Assembly: GCA_002189035.1 (NCBI GenBank)
Contig: NEEC01000014.1
Span: 1,984,001 to 2,048,000 of the forward strand
DNA: 64,000 bases
Origin: Utricularia gibba
Lineage: Eukaryota > Plantae > Magnoliophyta
Direction: 5' to 3'
The notes under the pieces are model-generated. The model worked only from the letters and a program-made list of their open reading frames with translations. It made no database searches and was not told the origin of the DNA. Of the stretch, positions 51,501 to 63,424 are shown piece by piece. The position numbers and the translations under genes are program-made. Position 1 is the stretch's first letter; each line of letters begins with the position of its first letter.

Positions 51501-52546
51501 GTCTGCAGAATGGCAGAAGGCTTTGTATGCCGCTGGTGGTTCTGATGTGGAAAAATGGTCGCTGCAGCTGCGGCGATCCTTAACAGATGGATTGTTTATG
51601 AGTAGCAACGGAAACCCTTTGCAACCACAGGACATGAATCTGATGCAAGATAGAGTGCTAACTCCCTCACCTAATCCAATGTATGGTCCTCACCTCAAGA
51701 CATCTACATTCATCAAAGCTGGCATTGCACAGGCTTCCTCCAGGAAGCTCGTGGGTGGACCTGCAGTGTTCGACAACTCAAAGGTCATACTGCAATGGAT
51801 TCAAAGTATCAGTTTTGTTTCAGTGTCCATTGATCATTCCTTGCAACTCATTTATCAGTCAGATTTAGCATCTTCAGGTACGCTTCGTTCCCAGAGCTTT
51901 TTATGTCTGTAACCGGTGACACCCTTATTCACGGTATTGCATTGTTGTCACAGGGGCGAGTCAAGTTAATGCAGCTCCATCGAATTATATTGAAGGATAT
52001 TCACCTGTGAAATCCCTTGGTTCCATGGCTGCGTCCTACATCATGATCCCATCACCTACCATGCGGTTCCTGCCTCACACCACCCTTCAGCTACCAACTT
52101 GTCTAACTGCTGATTCGCCTCCTCTCGCCCATCTTCTCCATAGCAAGGGATCTGCAATTCCCTTGTGTACTGGCTTCGTAGTTTCAAAGGCTGTCCCTTC
52201 AGTAAGGAGTGAGAACCGGAGACCCTCAAAAGAGGAGTGGCCCTCTGTTCTCTCCATTAGTTTAGTCGACTACTACGGCAGCAGTAATTTCAGCCCAGAG
52301 AAGTTGGCAAAGGCAGCCAAAAGAGGTGTGAATCCCGAACCAAAAGACATCAAGGCCGAGAGCCACTTAATTCTAGAACCGATAGCTGCTGAGCTCCATG
52401 CCTTATCATGGATGACAGTTAGTCCAGCTTACATGGACAGAAGAACAGCCTTACCCTTCCACTGTGACATGGTCTTAAGACTTCGACGGCTTCTTCATTT
52501 CGCAGATAAGCTACTCTCTCGCCCCCCTGAGAAGGCTCAGCTGTAA
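42523..52546 (+). CDS. MED13: Mediator of RNA polymerase II transcription subunit 13, multi-exon
   Basis: MWTNIFKI, GLHQISWFQFLP, SAHLQLQKEGFLSSWTNYFVGPWDPSQG, DEKIKLWLFLPG, KTASSSLQIWEKAPLEPYA, LHCCYGWTEDWRWMVCIWTDARGELLD, RRTALPFHCDMVLRLRRLLHFADK. Confidence 0.93.
49368..49537 (+). repeat. Perfect 23-bp duplication of a MED13 exon/5' splice-site junction
   Basis: AAACATGTAAGAATTGTTTCACT at both 49368-49390 and 49515-49537. Confidence 0.85.
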
Positions 52547-53195
52547 GTTTTAGACATGACTATTGCAATGTCATTCAGGTGATAGCTTTCATTTTGTGCA
52601 TATATAGATATCCCCCGTACTTCACATACACTTGCTAACTGACCCATCTGCCAGCCATGTCGTGCATGCCGCCATCGTTTTCTCCTGTTTCTTTGTTTTG
52701 AGGTGGACAAGGACCACCCAGTCAGACTTCACTATGGTAAATGTGTAGGCGTATGTGGGAGTAGTGATAGCAGAACCTAAAACATCTACATATGGTTTCA
52801 AATATGGACACCCCCATTCTTAGCCAAGGCTTCGCATCTGGTTCCTGGGGCTTTTAGCTGCTTGTTTTCAGGCGTTCGCAGACAAGGCTTCATCCCTGTC
52901 TCGCCCTTCTTAACCCTGCAACCCGTGGGGCTTTTGTCCTGCTTCTTTTCACTCTGCATGGTAACACTTGCATCACCTGGCAAACCAAAAGAAAAAAAGA
53001 GAGAAAACAGGAAGGTCCCCTGAGGTAGGTACATGCTTTCTTACAAACGGTTCACTGGGCTGTAATAATAACCTCCGATAATAAAATTGTCTACGCAGGA
53101 CTGACTCTTCTTAAGACAAGAAGACATGGTGTGAACTGGATGATTTGGAGTCTTTTGTTAGTGTTGGAAAAGCAATGGATGAGAATCTGTGATCC

Positions 53196-53215
53196 GGGGG
53201 GGGGGGGGGGGGGGG
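53196..53215. repeat. Poly(G) tract (20 nt)
   Basis: Direct reading of the G run. Confidence 0.85.
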
Positions 53216-54180
53216 CGAGAACTTGTGGTAACTAACGCACCTATGAAACTCCCAATTTCTTCGATCATTCATTCGGAGTTGTCCGTCCATCCACCGCGGA
53301 CGTACGACAGCCACTTGTTTGACTCCTGTCAGGAACCCAGCAGCGACGGCACCGGTTCAGACATAAAGAAATGTTTTTATTTTTCCGGACTAGAAACAGG
53401 GGAGCACCAATAAATAAACAATCATGAGTCGTTGATGCGAAGTCATGGAAGCTACTCGGAGGCTAGGTCAATATGATTGGTTGTTTTCTATAGACAGTCC
53501 AAATGACGCACGATTATCACCTTTTGATTTAAAAATTTCAACTGCCAAGTCCTTTGATCAAACAGCATTCATGTGTATGAACACGGAAATTGCATTCAAA
53601 TGGATTACAACACATGTACCCAGAACTCCGAGGCTCGTCTCAAGACTTCACGCTCTAAAGAGACGGCTCCATCGCTGCTCTGCTCGTGTCAAAAAAACTG
53701 CACATCCAATTTTCGGATAAATTAGTGTTAACCGAAAACAGGAATTCAGGGGATTAAGTTTAAAGATGGCGTTTCATGCGGGCGAGGGCTGTCCTGTCGG
53801 CCGCGGAAATTTCGCCGACGGAGTTGACCGGGCGACTCCGTTGAATTTTCTTGCCGCCCAGCTCACCTCCAAATCTGGCATGCCCAATTTTGTGTCTATT
53901 TAGGGGTGATGGGTCCCACTCCTATTTTCTATTTTCATTGATAATTATAAATAAATGTGCAGTTAAAAAATTATCAAAAAGAAACCTCATAAACAATTCA
54001 GGCTTTGAAAGTTTCAATCGTGGTTCGTGATTGAACTATTTTTTAATATTTATAAAAAAATATCAAGCAATGATTAAATTCTATTTAAATAATATTGTAG
54101 TAAAAAAGGTTTATGTATTGAACCTTTCAAATACTAATTAATTAGTCACATTCGTTACTAAAACAATGTATTTTAAAACA

Positions 54181-54614
54181 GTCGGTGTCGGGAGCCCCAT
54201 ACACATCCGAATCATTTACTTATGGGCACAAGAGATGGATCCATTTCTCGATATAGCCGGCCGTTATGGCATAAAGACTTGGGGATGGTGCCATGTCCGA
54301 CGCCCCGAATTCGACTCCACTAAACGACACTTTTGCGGGTAATTTTTTTTTATTAAAAGCGGAGGGAAAACGTGCATATGTTTTGATGCAACACAAATTG
54401 GAGTTTGCTAGGCGTTCTTATTTCCAACATAGATAGTAATTGTGGTTATAGTTAGTTCAACTCATGGAGCCCACCGACTCAAGTCAAAGCCCGCACCAAT
54501 CACAGCTCCCGGGGGGTGCCAGCAAGCAAAGTCGGTATTTGGCTCCATGATTAATTAAATTATTTTAAAAAATAAAATTATCGGTTTCCCTGTGGGCTGA
54601 AAGATATATATATA
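54181..54614 (+). promoter_or_regulatory. PLT-A promoter: three DRE/CRT cores, CCAAT and TATA
   Basis: GTCGGT at 54181-54186, ACCGAC at 54473-54478, GTCGGT at 54531-54536, CCAAT at 54496-54500, TATATATATAA at about 54604-54614. Confidence 0.45.
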
Positions 54615-54664
54615 AGTACCGTGGTCAGATGGGTGAACTGACTCCACAGGCTCTGGCTTGAAAG

Positions 54665-56726
54665 ATGTCTGAGAACAAGGATGTCTTCTCCGGTCGACCT
54701 GAGCCCGGTTTCGACGCGCCCAAGAAACCTCCCCGGAATAAGTACGCCATGGCTTGTGCTTTCCTAGCTTCGATGACCTCCATTCTGCTGGGATATGGTA
54801 CGGTCACACTCTTCAATTCTGTTTCTGATTAGCAGATTATATGAGCGCTAACTGGAGGAAAATTTTAATGGTGTGCAGATATCGGAGTGATGAGTGGAGC
54901 TATAATCTACATACGAAGGGATATACGCATGACCGCTGTCCAGCAAGAGGTTATAATGGGAATTCTCAATCTTTACTCCCTCATCGGCTCCGCCCTCGCC
55001 GGAAGGACCTCCGATTGGCTGGGGCGGCGCTACACCATCGTTCTCGCCGGGGCTATCTTCTTCGTCGGAGCCCTTCTCATGGGCTTCGCCACGAATTACG
55101 CTTTCCTCATGGCCGGCCGGTTCGTCGCCGGTATCGGTGTCGGGTACGCGCTCATGATCGCTCCCGTGTACACGGCGGAGCTGGCGCCGGCGTCTTCCCG
55201 AGGCTTCCTTACTTCTTTCCCGGAAGTCTTCATCAATTTTGGTGAGCGATTATTTAATTAAAATCTTGAAGCCTCTTCCTGGCTGTTTCTTTGTCCTATC
55301 CTTGAATTAAATTTCTACACTGATCCAGTAGCATGATTGTGGGGACCACCTCTATTTCAATTATTTCCGTCTTAAATGATCTTTAAAACTAAAATTGATT
55401 TATTGTAATTAACGGATACTCTTTTGATTTTATTACAATAATCTGATTTCCACAATTTTTTTGTTCTTACATTTGAACATTTTTTTTTTATTAAAAATTA
55501 GTTTTTAAAATAGATGTGGAAAATACTTCCCCTTGTCTTGGCACTAGCTCAGGAATAGAAAATCGAACTATTATAAGCTTTTATCATGATTAACGGTGGT
55601 TAACGATGTCGCTAATTGTGATGCTTCCTGCGTTTGAATTTTAATTTCAGGTATACTCGTGGGTTATGTATCCAACTACGGCTTTTCGAAGCTGCCGCAG
55701 CGGTTGGGATGGCGATTCATGTTGGGGGTAGGCGCCGTCCCTTCGGTTCTGATCGCGGTGGGTGTTCTCGCGATGCCAGAGTCGCCGCGGTGGCTGGTCA
55801 TGCAGGGGAGACTGGGCGATGCGCGCCGTGTCCTCGATAAGACGTCGGACTCGCCGGAGGAATCCAAGGAACGATTTGAGGACATCAAAGAGGCCGCCGG
55901 GATCCCCAATGATTGCAACGACGAGATCGTGGCCGTGGGCAAACAACACCACGGCGAAGGCGTGTGGCGGGATCTGTTCCTCCGGCCGACGATGCCAGTG
56001 CGCCATATTCTAATGTGCGCCATCGGCATCCATTTTTTCCAGCAGGCGAGCGGAATAGATTCCGTGGTTCTCTACAGCCCAGAGATCTTCGGCAAAGCCG
56101 GGATCACTAGCGACAACGATAAGCTTCTCGCCACGATGGGCGTTGGATTGACGAAAACGCTCTTCATCCTGGTTGCCACCTTCATGCTCGACAAGATCGG
56201 ACGGCGGCCGCTGCTCCTCTCCAGCGTCGCCGGTATGATTCTCTCCTTGGTCGGCCTTGCGCTCGGGCTGACGGTTATCGGTAGATCTGACACCAAGATA
56301 ATCTGGGCCGTTGCTTTGAGCATTACATCGGTGCTAGCATTCGTGGCGTTCTTCTCGATTGGGATGGGGCCCATCACGTGGGTGTACACCTCCGAGATCT
56401 TCCCTCTACGGCTGAGAGCGCAAGGGTGCAGTATGGGCGTCGCAGTGAATCGCGTCACCAGCGGAGTTATTTCAATGACGTTTCTATCCTTATACAACGC
56501 GATAACCATCGGAGGCGCATTCTTCTTGTACGCTGGGATCGCGACGATTGCCTGGGTGTTCTTTTACGCTTTACTCCCTGAGACCCGGGGGCGACCGCTC
56601 GAGGAAGTGGAGACTTTGTTCGGGTCCTTCTTCAAGTGGAGATCAACCCAAAGGGCATTGAAGGAAAAAAAGACCAACCAGAGCAGTGGCGCAGTGGAGT
56701 GGGAGAGCAAGACAGGCCACAACTAG
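54665..56726 (+). CDS. Polyol/monosaccharide transporter (PMT/PLT5-like), copy A, 3 exons, intact
   Basis: RNKYAMACAFLASMTSILLGYD, AGRTSDWLGRRYTI, PVYTAELAPASSRGFLTSFPE, PESPRWL, FFQQASGIDSVVLYSP, LDKIGRRPLLL, SEIFPLRLRA, PETRG. Confidence 0.95.
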
Positions 56727-56923
56727 TAGTGTAGCTTCGATAAATTGCAGCTGTAAAAACAGTGCTATCTTAGCAAGGGCGTTTGTGTCTTGGCCACAGC
56801 GACTGCTATTAATAACAGTAAACCCATGGCGGATTGATCAGCTTCCTTCCTCCTCTGCCACCTGTCATCCTCTCCATGTTCTACATATAGCATCTATCCG
56901 ACCCACCTAACACCACACTGACG

Positions 56924-58799
56924 ATGCTGGAGGGCGAGGATACCCTCTCCGGGCAGCCCGCCGCCGGTGCCGGCTCGCCCAGAGAACCCCGCCGGAACAA
57001 CTACGCCATGGCTTGTTCTTTCTTGGCTTCAACGACGACCATTTTACTGGGATATGGTATCGCTATTTTCTTTTACTTTATACTTCTTCTTATTTTCTAA
57101 CTACGAGAGAGAGAGAGATTGCTTCACTATCGAAATTCTAATGGTGTGCAGATATAGGAGTGATGAGTGGAGCTATTTTCTACATACGAAGAGATATACC
57201 CATGACTGATGTCCAGCAAGAGGTTATAATGGGAATTCTAAACCTTTACTCCCTCATCGGCTCCGCCCTCGCCGGAAGGACCTCCGATTGCTCGGACGGC
57301 GCTACACGATCAATATCGCCGGAGTTATATTCCTAGTCGGGGCGCTTCTCATGGGCTTTGCCACGAATTATGCTTTCCTCATGGTCGGCCGCTTCGTTGC
57401 CGGCATCGGTGTGGGTTACGCAGCCATGATCGCTCCCGTGTACACCGTGGAGCTGGCGCCGGCGTCCTCCCGCGGCTTCCTTACGTCTTTCCCGGAGGTC
57501 TTCATCAATTTCGGTGAGCCATGAATAAAGCATTATTAGTATAATCATTTTTCATTCCTTCTTCCTCGCTTTTTGTGTTGTCATGAGACCTAAATTTCTC
57601 TGTGGGTCCCGAAATTACAAAAAAACATTCCGTGTTCATCTTTGCCACAAAAATTGCAGGTGTTTGATGAAGTGAAGTTATTCCTTTTAATAAAAAATTC
57701 GTTCGTACGCTGAATTGCAGGAATACTTCTTGGCTATGTATCAAACTACGGCTTCTCGAAGCTTCCGCAGCGTTTGGGATGGCGATTCATGTTGGGAATA
57801 GCCGCCGTCCCTTCGATTCTAATCGCGGTGGGAGTTCTGGCAATGCCGGAGTCGCCGCGGTGGCTAGTAATGCAGGGAAGACTCGGAGACGCGCGCCGTG
57901 TCCTCGACCGGACATCCGGCTCGCCTGAGGAGTCGAAGGACCGATTAGCCGATATCAAAGAGGCCGCCGGAATCCCTGAGAGTTGCAATGACGAGATTGT
58001 CGCCGTCACCAAAAAACACCACGGTGAAGGCGTTTGGCGGGATCTGTTTTTCCGGCCGACGCTGGCGGTGCGCCACATCCTAATCTGCGCCATCGGCATC
58101 CATTTTTTCCAGCAGGCGAGCGGAATAGATTCCGTGGTTCTCTACAGCCCTGAGATCTTCGGCAAAGCCGGGATCACCAGCGACAACGATAAGCTTCTCG
58201 CGACGGTGGCCGTTGGATTTACGAAAACGATCTTCATCCTTGTGGCTACGTTTATGCTGGACAAGATCGGACGGCGCCCGTTGCTCCTCTCTAGCGTTGC
58301 AGGAATGACGCTGTCACTGGTGGGCCTGGGACTTGGGCTTACAGTTGTCGGTAGATCTGATTCCAAAATAATCTGGGCCGTTGCTTTATGCCTCACGTCC
58401 GTTCTAGTCTACGTGGCGTCTTTCTCGATCGGTATGGGCCCCATCACGTTGGTGTACAGCTCCGAAATCTTTCCTCTAAGGTTGAGAGCGCAAGGCTACA
58501 GTATGTGCGTCGCAGTGAATCGCATAATCAGCGGCATTCTGTCAATGACATTTTTGTCCCTGTACAAGGCGATAACTATCGGTGGGGCCTTCTTCTTGTA
58601 CGCAGGGATTGCGATCATCGCCTGGGTGTTCTTTTACAGTTTACTCCCTGAGACACGGGGAAGATCTCTCGAGGAAATTGAGACGTTGTTCGGTGCCTTT
58701 TTCAAGTGGAGGTCATCCCAAAGGGCATTTCAGGAAAAGGAGAGGAACCAAGGCGTTGAATTCACTCAGATGGAGAAGAACATCACCAGTACAGAGTAG
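56924..58799 (+). pseudogene. Polyol transporter copy B, with a -1 frameshift in exon 2 (pseudogene or assembly error)
   Basis: Same exon structure as copy A, but TCC GAT TG CTC GGA at about 57290 lacks one base relative to A (TCC GAT TGG CTG GGG), giving TAG at 57334-57336. It also has atypical substitutions (STTTILL, GPITLVY, SMCVAVN). Confidence 0.7.
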
Positions 58800-58929
58800 C
58801 AGGGCAGCCATTAGCTACAGGTAGCCCTCCCTCTATGTCTAAGGGCTTTTGTGTCTTTTCTTATCCTATTGCCACAGTGCAAATCGAAATACAACAAACG
58901 TAAATAAATATTTCGGGTTTGGGGCTTTA

Positions 58930-59150
58930 TTGTCCTATCACCGTAGGAATGTTTTTTTACCAAAAACACCCTGAGACCTTTGGCCTGCGAGCGTTTTTGA
59001 CGTTCTCAACTCTAAGGGCATTGAAGGAAGACAAGGAAAACCGACAGAGTTTAGCCCTGGACAGTCACTGACCACACTATTACTGTTACTACTACCAAAT
59101 TGAACCTAAAAGCCTTCTTAAGCAGGCTCCAGGGCTTTTATGTCTTTTAT
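58930..59150 (+). pseudogene. Decayed 3'-terminal fragment of a fourth PLT copy
   Basis: CCCTGAGACC (58969-58978) and AAGGGCATTGAAGGAA (59014-59029) are identical to copy A (56577-56586, 56651-56666). AGGGCTTTTATGTCTTTT (59131-59148) matches the copy B 3' UTR (58842-58859) at 17/18. Confidence 0.65.
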
Positions 59151-59881
59151 AGTATTTCCTGCCTTTATGGTGCACAAAAAATTGCACTAAAAGTGGAGAT
59201 TGAAATGTTCCTTTTTGAAACCGCAACCGCTGACACTCAAACTACGCCATGCTGCAGTGGGGATGACACTCAAATTACCAATATACCCCTGAATCGTATG
59301 AATGCTGCAGCACTTTGAATTTGAAAACCCACCATCGGCCGTTGTTTCGCGTTGAGTTGCCGCTGTTTCGCGTTTAGTTGACTTTTTAGCTACGTATGAA
59401 AGCCCACCAAATTTCCTTGTGAACAACAAAAAAAAACATTAAAAATATTCCCGTTGTTAATAATGCTGCAGTTGCAATAATTATTCATATGATAGATACT
59501 AAAAAGATCAATGTGCAATAGTGTAACGGACAGCTGGACATTTTTGACTGAACGCCATGGTACTTTCGTGAGGTTTGATTTAATTATAATTATTAAATTC
59601 AGAAGTGAATTTTATTTATAAACTATGTAAAAATTGGAAGAAAAACGTGACATAGAAACGTGATCTATATCGTTATTAAGATGGATTGGTGTGAACTGCA
59701 AGACTTCGTGGAGTTTTTTGTACAAGTGCACTTGGCGTTCTCAATGTGCAAGTAAATAACCTATTTTTTAAAGAAATAGATAGACCTTTTTTGAAAAATA
59801 GAAAAGGCACAAGTGGATGCCTTCTGCTTACTACTAGATATTTATAGGGGGTAGCAGCCATCGGATGCCGGACAAGTAAGC

Positions 59882-62045
59882 ATGGCCGCCAAGACAGCTG
59901 GACCACCCACCTCCGCCGCGGGCGACGCCGCTACCAAAGCCGGGAGTGCCGTCTCCGGGGAGCTTCCGGCCGCCCTTAACCCGAGTAAGAAGCCGGCGAG
60001 AAATTTGTTTTCTTTGGCTTGCTCCATCCTGGCTTGCATGACCTCAGTGTTACTCGGATACGGTACGCATCATACCTACAGCACCACTGATACAACCTGC
60101 AAATGAAATGCAAATTAATGAGGATGAATTTGTTCGTGTACCCAGATATTGGAGTCATGAGTGGAGCCATAATTTTCATCGAGAAGGAACTCAAATTAAC
60201 AAGTGTGCAAAAGGAGATCATCATGGGGATCTTCAGTCTTTACTCTCTTATCGGCTGCATCATAAGCGGCCGTACTTCTGATTGGATCGGCCGCCGCTTC
60301 ACGATCGTCATCGCCGGAGCAATCTTTTTCGTTGGCGCAATCCTCATGAGCCTTGCTACGAATTACGCGTTCCTAATGGTCGGGAGATTCGTCGCCGGAA
60401 TCGGCGTCGGCTACGCCCTTACTATTGCTCCGGTTTACACGGCGGAGGTCGCCCCCGCTTCCTGCCGCGGCTTCCTCTTAACCTTCCCGGAGGTTTTCAT
60501 CAACGTTGGTAAATATTTTATTATATTTTTTCATTAATGGGTCTAATTTTCTTGACTTTTTTTCTTACTAGCAATAGTGTTGTTTTATTACTAATAAATT
60601 ATCAAAATTTAAGTCGTCTTTTGGCATTAGACAACTAGATATAATTGCGTGGTTTTTGGACTATTTCTTAAATATTATTTTAATTTTGTATGCGTTGTCG
60701 TGACTAATGAGTATTACATAATTAAAAATACCTTTTTATCGTTAGGCGTTGTGTCATCGCTGTCTTGTTACCCCATGCCCTAAAGTGGGCGCTCTTGGCT
60801 TGGTACTACATTTATTTAATAGGTGTTTTGTAGTTACGTGTTATTCTTTTACTTTTTTAGTCCTAAAGTAAAAATGATTTTTATATGTTATCGTGTAATA
60901 ATATAAGTTTAATGGATTTTTGGATTAATTGAAGATAATCAATGTTTTTGAACAACAGGGATTCTCTTGGGATATGTTTCAAACCTGGCCTTCTCCAACT
61001 TACCGATCCACTTGGGATGGCGGGTGATGCTGGGTTTCGGCGTCATCCCATCCGCCTTCCTCGTAACGGTCATCATCTTCATGCCGGAATCGCCGCGGTG
61101 GCTGGTAATGCAGGGCCGTCTCGGGGAAGCTAAAGCAGTCCTCTACAAAACGTCGGACACGGAGGAGGAAGCCGAGATCCGCCTCTCGGAAATCAAAGCT
61201 GCCGCCGGTATCCCGAAAGCTGCTCAGATGACGTCGTTACCGTGGCTAAAGGTCACACCGGAGAGGGGGTCTGGCGCGACCTCCTCCTCCGTCCCACAGC
61301 ACCCGTACGTCACATCCTCCTCTGCGCCCTCGGGATCCATTTCTTCGAGATGGCCTGCGGAATCGAAGCCGTGGTTCTCTACAGTCCCGAGATTTTCAAA
61401 CAAGCCGGAATCAGATCCGATCATTACATTCTGCTCGCGACGATGGCCGTCGGATTCGTGAAACTGATGTTCATAATGGTGGCCACTTTCTTCCTCGACA
61501 AAGTCGGACGGCGGCCGCTGCTTCTCACGAGCGTCGGCGGCTGCACAGTGTTTCTAGCGGTTTTAGCCTTCGGGCTCACCGTGATCCAGAAATCCCCGGT
61601 CAGGGTTCCCTGGGCGGTGGCCGTCTGCGTAGTCTCCCTCCTCTGCTACGTGTCGTTTTTCGCCAGCGGGATGGGGCCCATCACGTGGGTATACAGTTCA
61701 GAGATATTCCCTTTGAGGCTGCGCGCCCAGGGGGCCAGCTTGGCCGTGGCCACCAACAGGGTGACGAGCGCTGTTTTCTCGATGACGTTTATATCCCTGT
61801 ACCAGGGCATCACCTTGGGCGGGGCGTTTTTCCTGTACGCCGGGATATCTGCCGTGTCCTGGTTTTTTATCTACAGTCTGTTCCCTGAGACACGGGGGAG
61901 GACACTGGAAGAAATGGAGGGCTTGTTCGGTAACTTCTTCAAGTGGAGGAGGTCATCCCCGAGGGCGTCGGAGGAAGACAAGAAAAGTAGCACCAATGGG
62001 CAGGTTGAAATGGGAGAGGCCTCCAACTTGGTTTCAAACACTTAA
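59882..62045 (+). CDS. Polyol transporter copy C (more divergent), with an apparent -1 frameshift in exon 3
   Basis: RNLFSLACSILACMTSVLLGYD, GRTSDWIGRRFTI, PESPRWL; the frame switches at about 61215 (GGT ATC CCG AAA GCT instead of CCG GAA AGC TGC); then GEGVWRDL, LDKVGRRPLLL, PETRG. Confidence 0.8.
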
Positions 62046-63424
62046 CACTCTTAAGGCCTTCAGAATTCCCGTACACTACGACAATTACAGAATTTTGTGT
62101 GTTGGAATGGGATGCGACATTGCCTGCACATATCTAATAAATATACAAATAAAATACATAGTTCGGTTTCGATGAGGTCTGACCTGGCATCATTAACCCA
62201 AAGTCGAATTTCATTGTCATTTGAAATCGTCCACGTGGGGAATTACCGAGGGTCATGTTGTTGGTTGGTGAGATAAAATTAATAATTCAATTTTCGCATT
62301 TAGAATACTTATTCCGATTTCAAATGAGAAATTAACTTTCACCTTCTTTCCGACACGAAAACTTTGGGAGTTGTATTAGACGACACACACATCGGATAAG
62401 GTCAATGTCTGTTTCAAATAATTTGTGGTTTTTTATTAAAAATACTTTTTTATTCAATAAAAAAACAGAAAACTTTCATCTTTTATTTTATTAGAATTAT
62501 TTTTTATGGAATAAAGCTGAGAGCCATGGGCTATGAGCGAAGCTCCAACGGCTGGGTAGGCTGGGGATGGGATCCATGGCCACACGTGGTGCGATCATGG
62601 AGCATTAACGACTTGTTAGTTTTTTAAAAAGAGGCCATTATTGTCCTTTTTGAAAAACCCACAACAAACTTCTCTTTCGGAGTTGACAAGAGCACGCAAC
62701 GCAACAAACGTGGCCAATGTTTCTGTAGTCAAACAACAACAACAACAAAAAGGACAACTTCAGATGAGATTACGTGTGCTTTCTTCTGAGTAGGACATAT
62801 AATTATAATTAAATTAAGAGAAATTGAGGTTTTTTTTAATGTTTTTTGGATTTTCCTAATTCAAAAGCGATTTTATATCATTATGAGTTGCTGGGAATAT
62901 AATCACCAACAAACACTAGTTAAACGTGGGGAACATGATGTAATAATTTCTAATACAAGTGAATATTAGAACTGAGTTAAAAAAACCATCCTTCAAATGG
63001 GTGTCCGTTTTCTTAAAAGGAATGGGCCAGGCTCATTACAATAATGGGCTTCATGGCCCAGTAATACAAGAAACCTGATGGTTAGTTGTGTTTGAATCTG
63101 GGGCCCATCATGTGATTTGTTTCTTTTCTGTACTGTACTGCCTTGGTTTAATGTGATATATAATAATTAAGAAAAAAAAAACTATGTTGGTAAACGGTAA
63201 CCCATCGGGGTGGATACAACCCGACCCGAAAATGGAGCCGAGCGGGATAAAGGGAGTTGACAATTTCACCCTCCGCTCGAAGGGTTGCTGCAGTTGCTCT
63301 TCAGAGTAGATCGATACCAGGGATTTATTTTTCTTCTCCTGATCACTATCAGGTCAAGGGAGGTGCCGATTCTCAGTGTATTTATTCATTTATCGAGGCG
63401 TTTGGATTTGAATCGGACAGCTCA

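Noticed and set aside
54629-54661. 10-codon uORF (MGELTPQALA*) ending 3 nt before the PLT-A ATG
   Set aside because: Its ATG is only about 15 nt downstream of the TATA box and so probably upstream of the TSS; it is unlikely to be in the mRNA.
55647-58396. Minus-strand ORFs repeated across the PLT copies
   Set aside because: They recur only because the sense genes are duplicated; there is no independent evidence for them.
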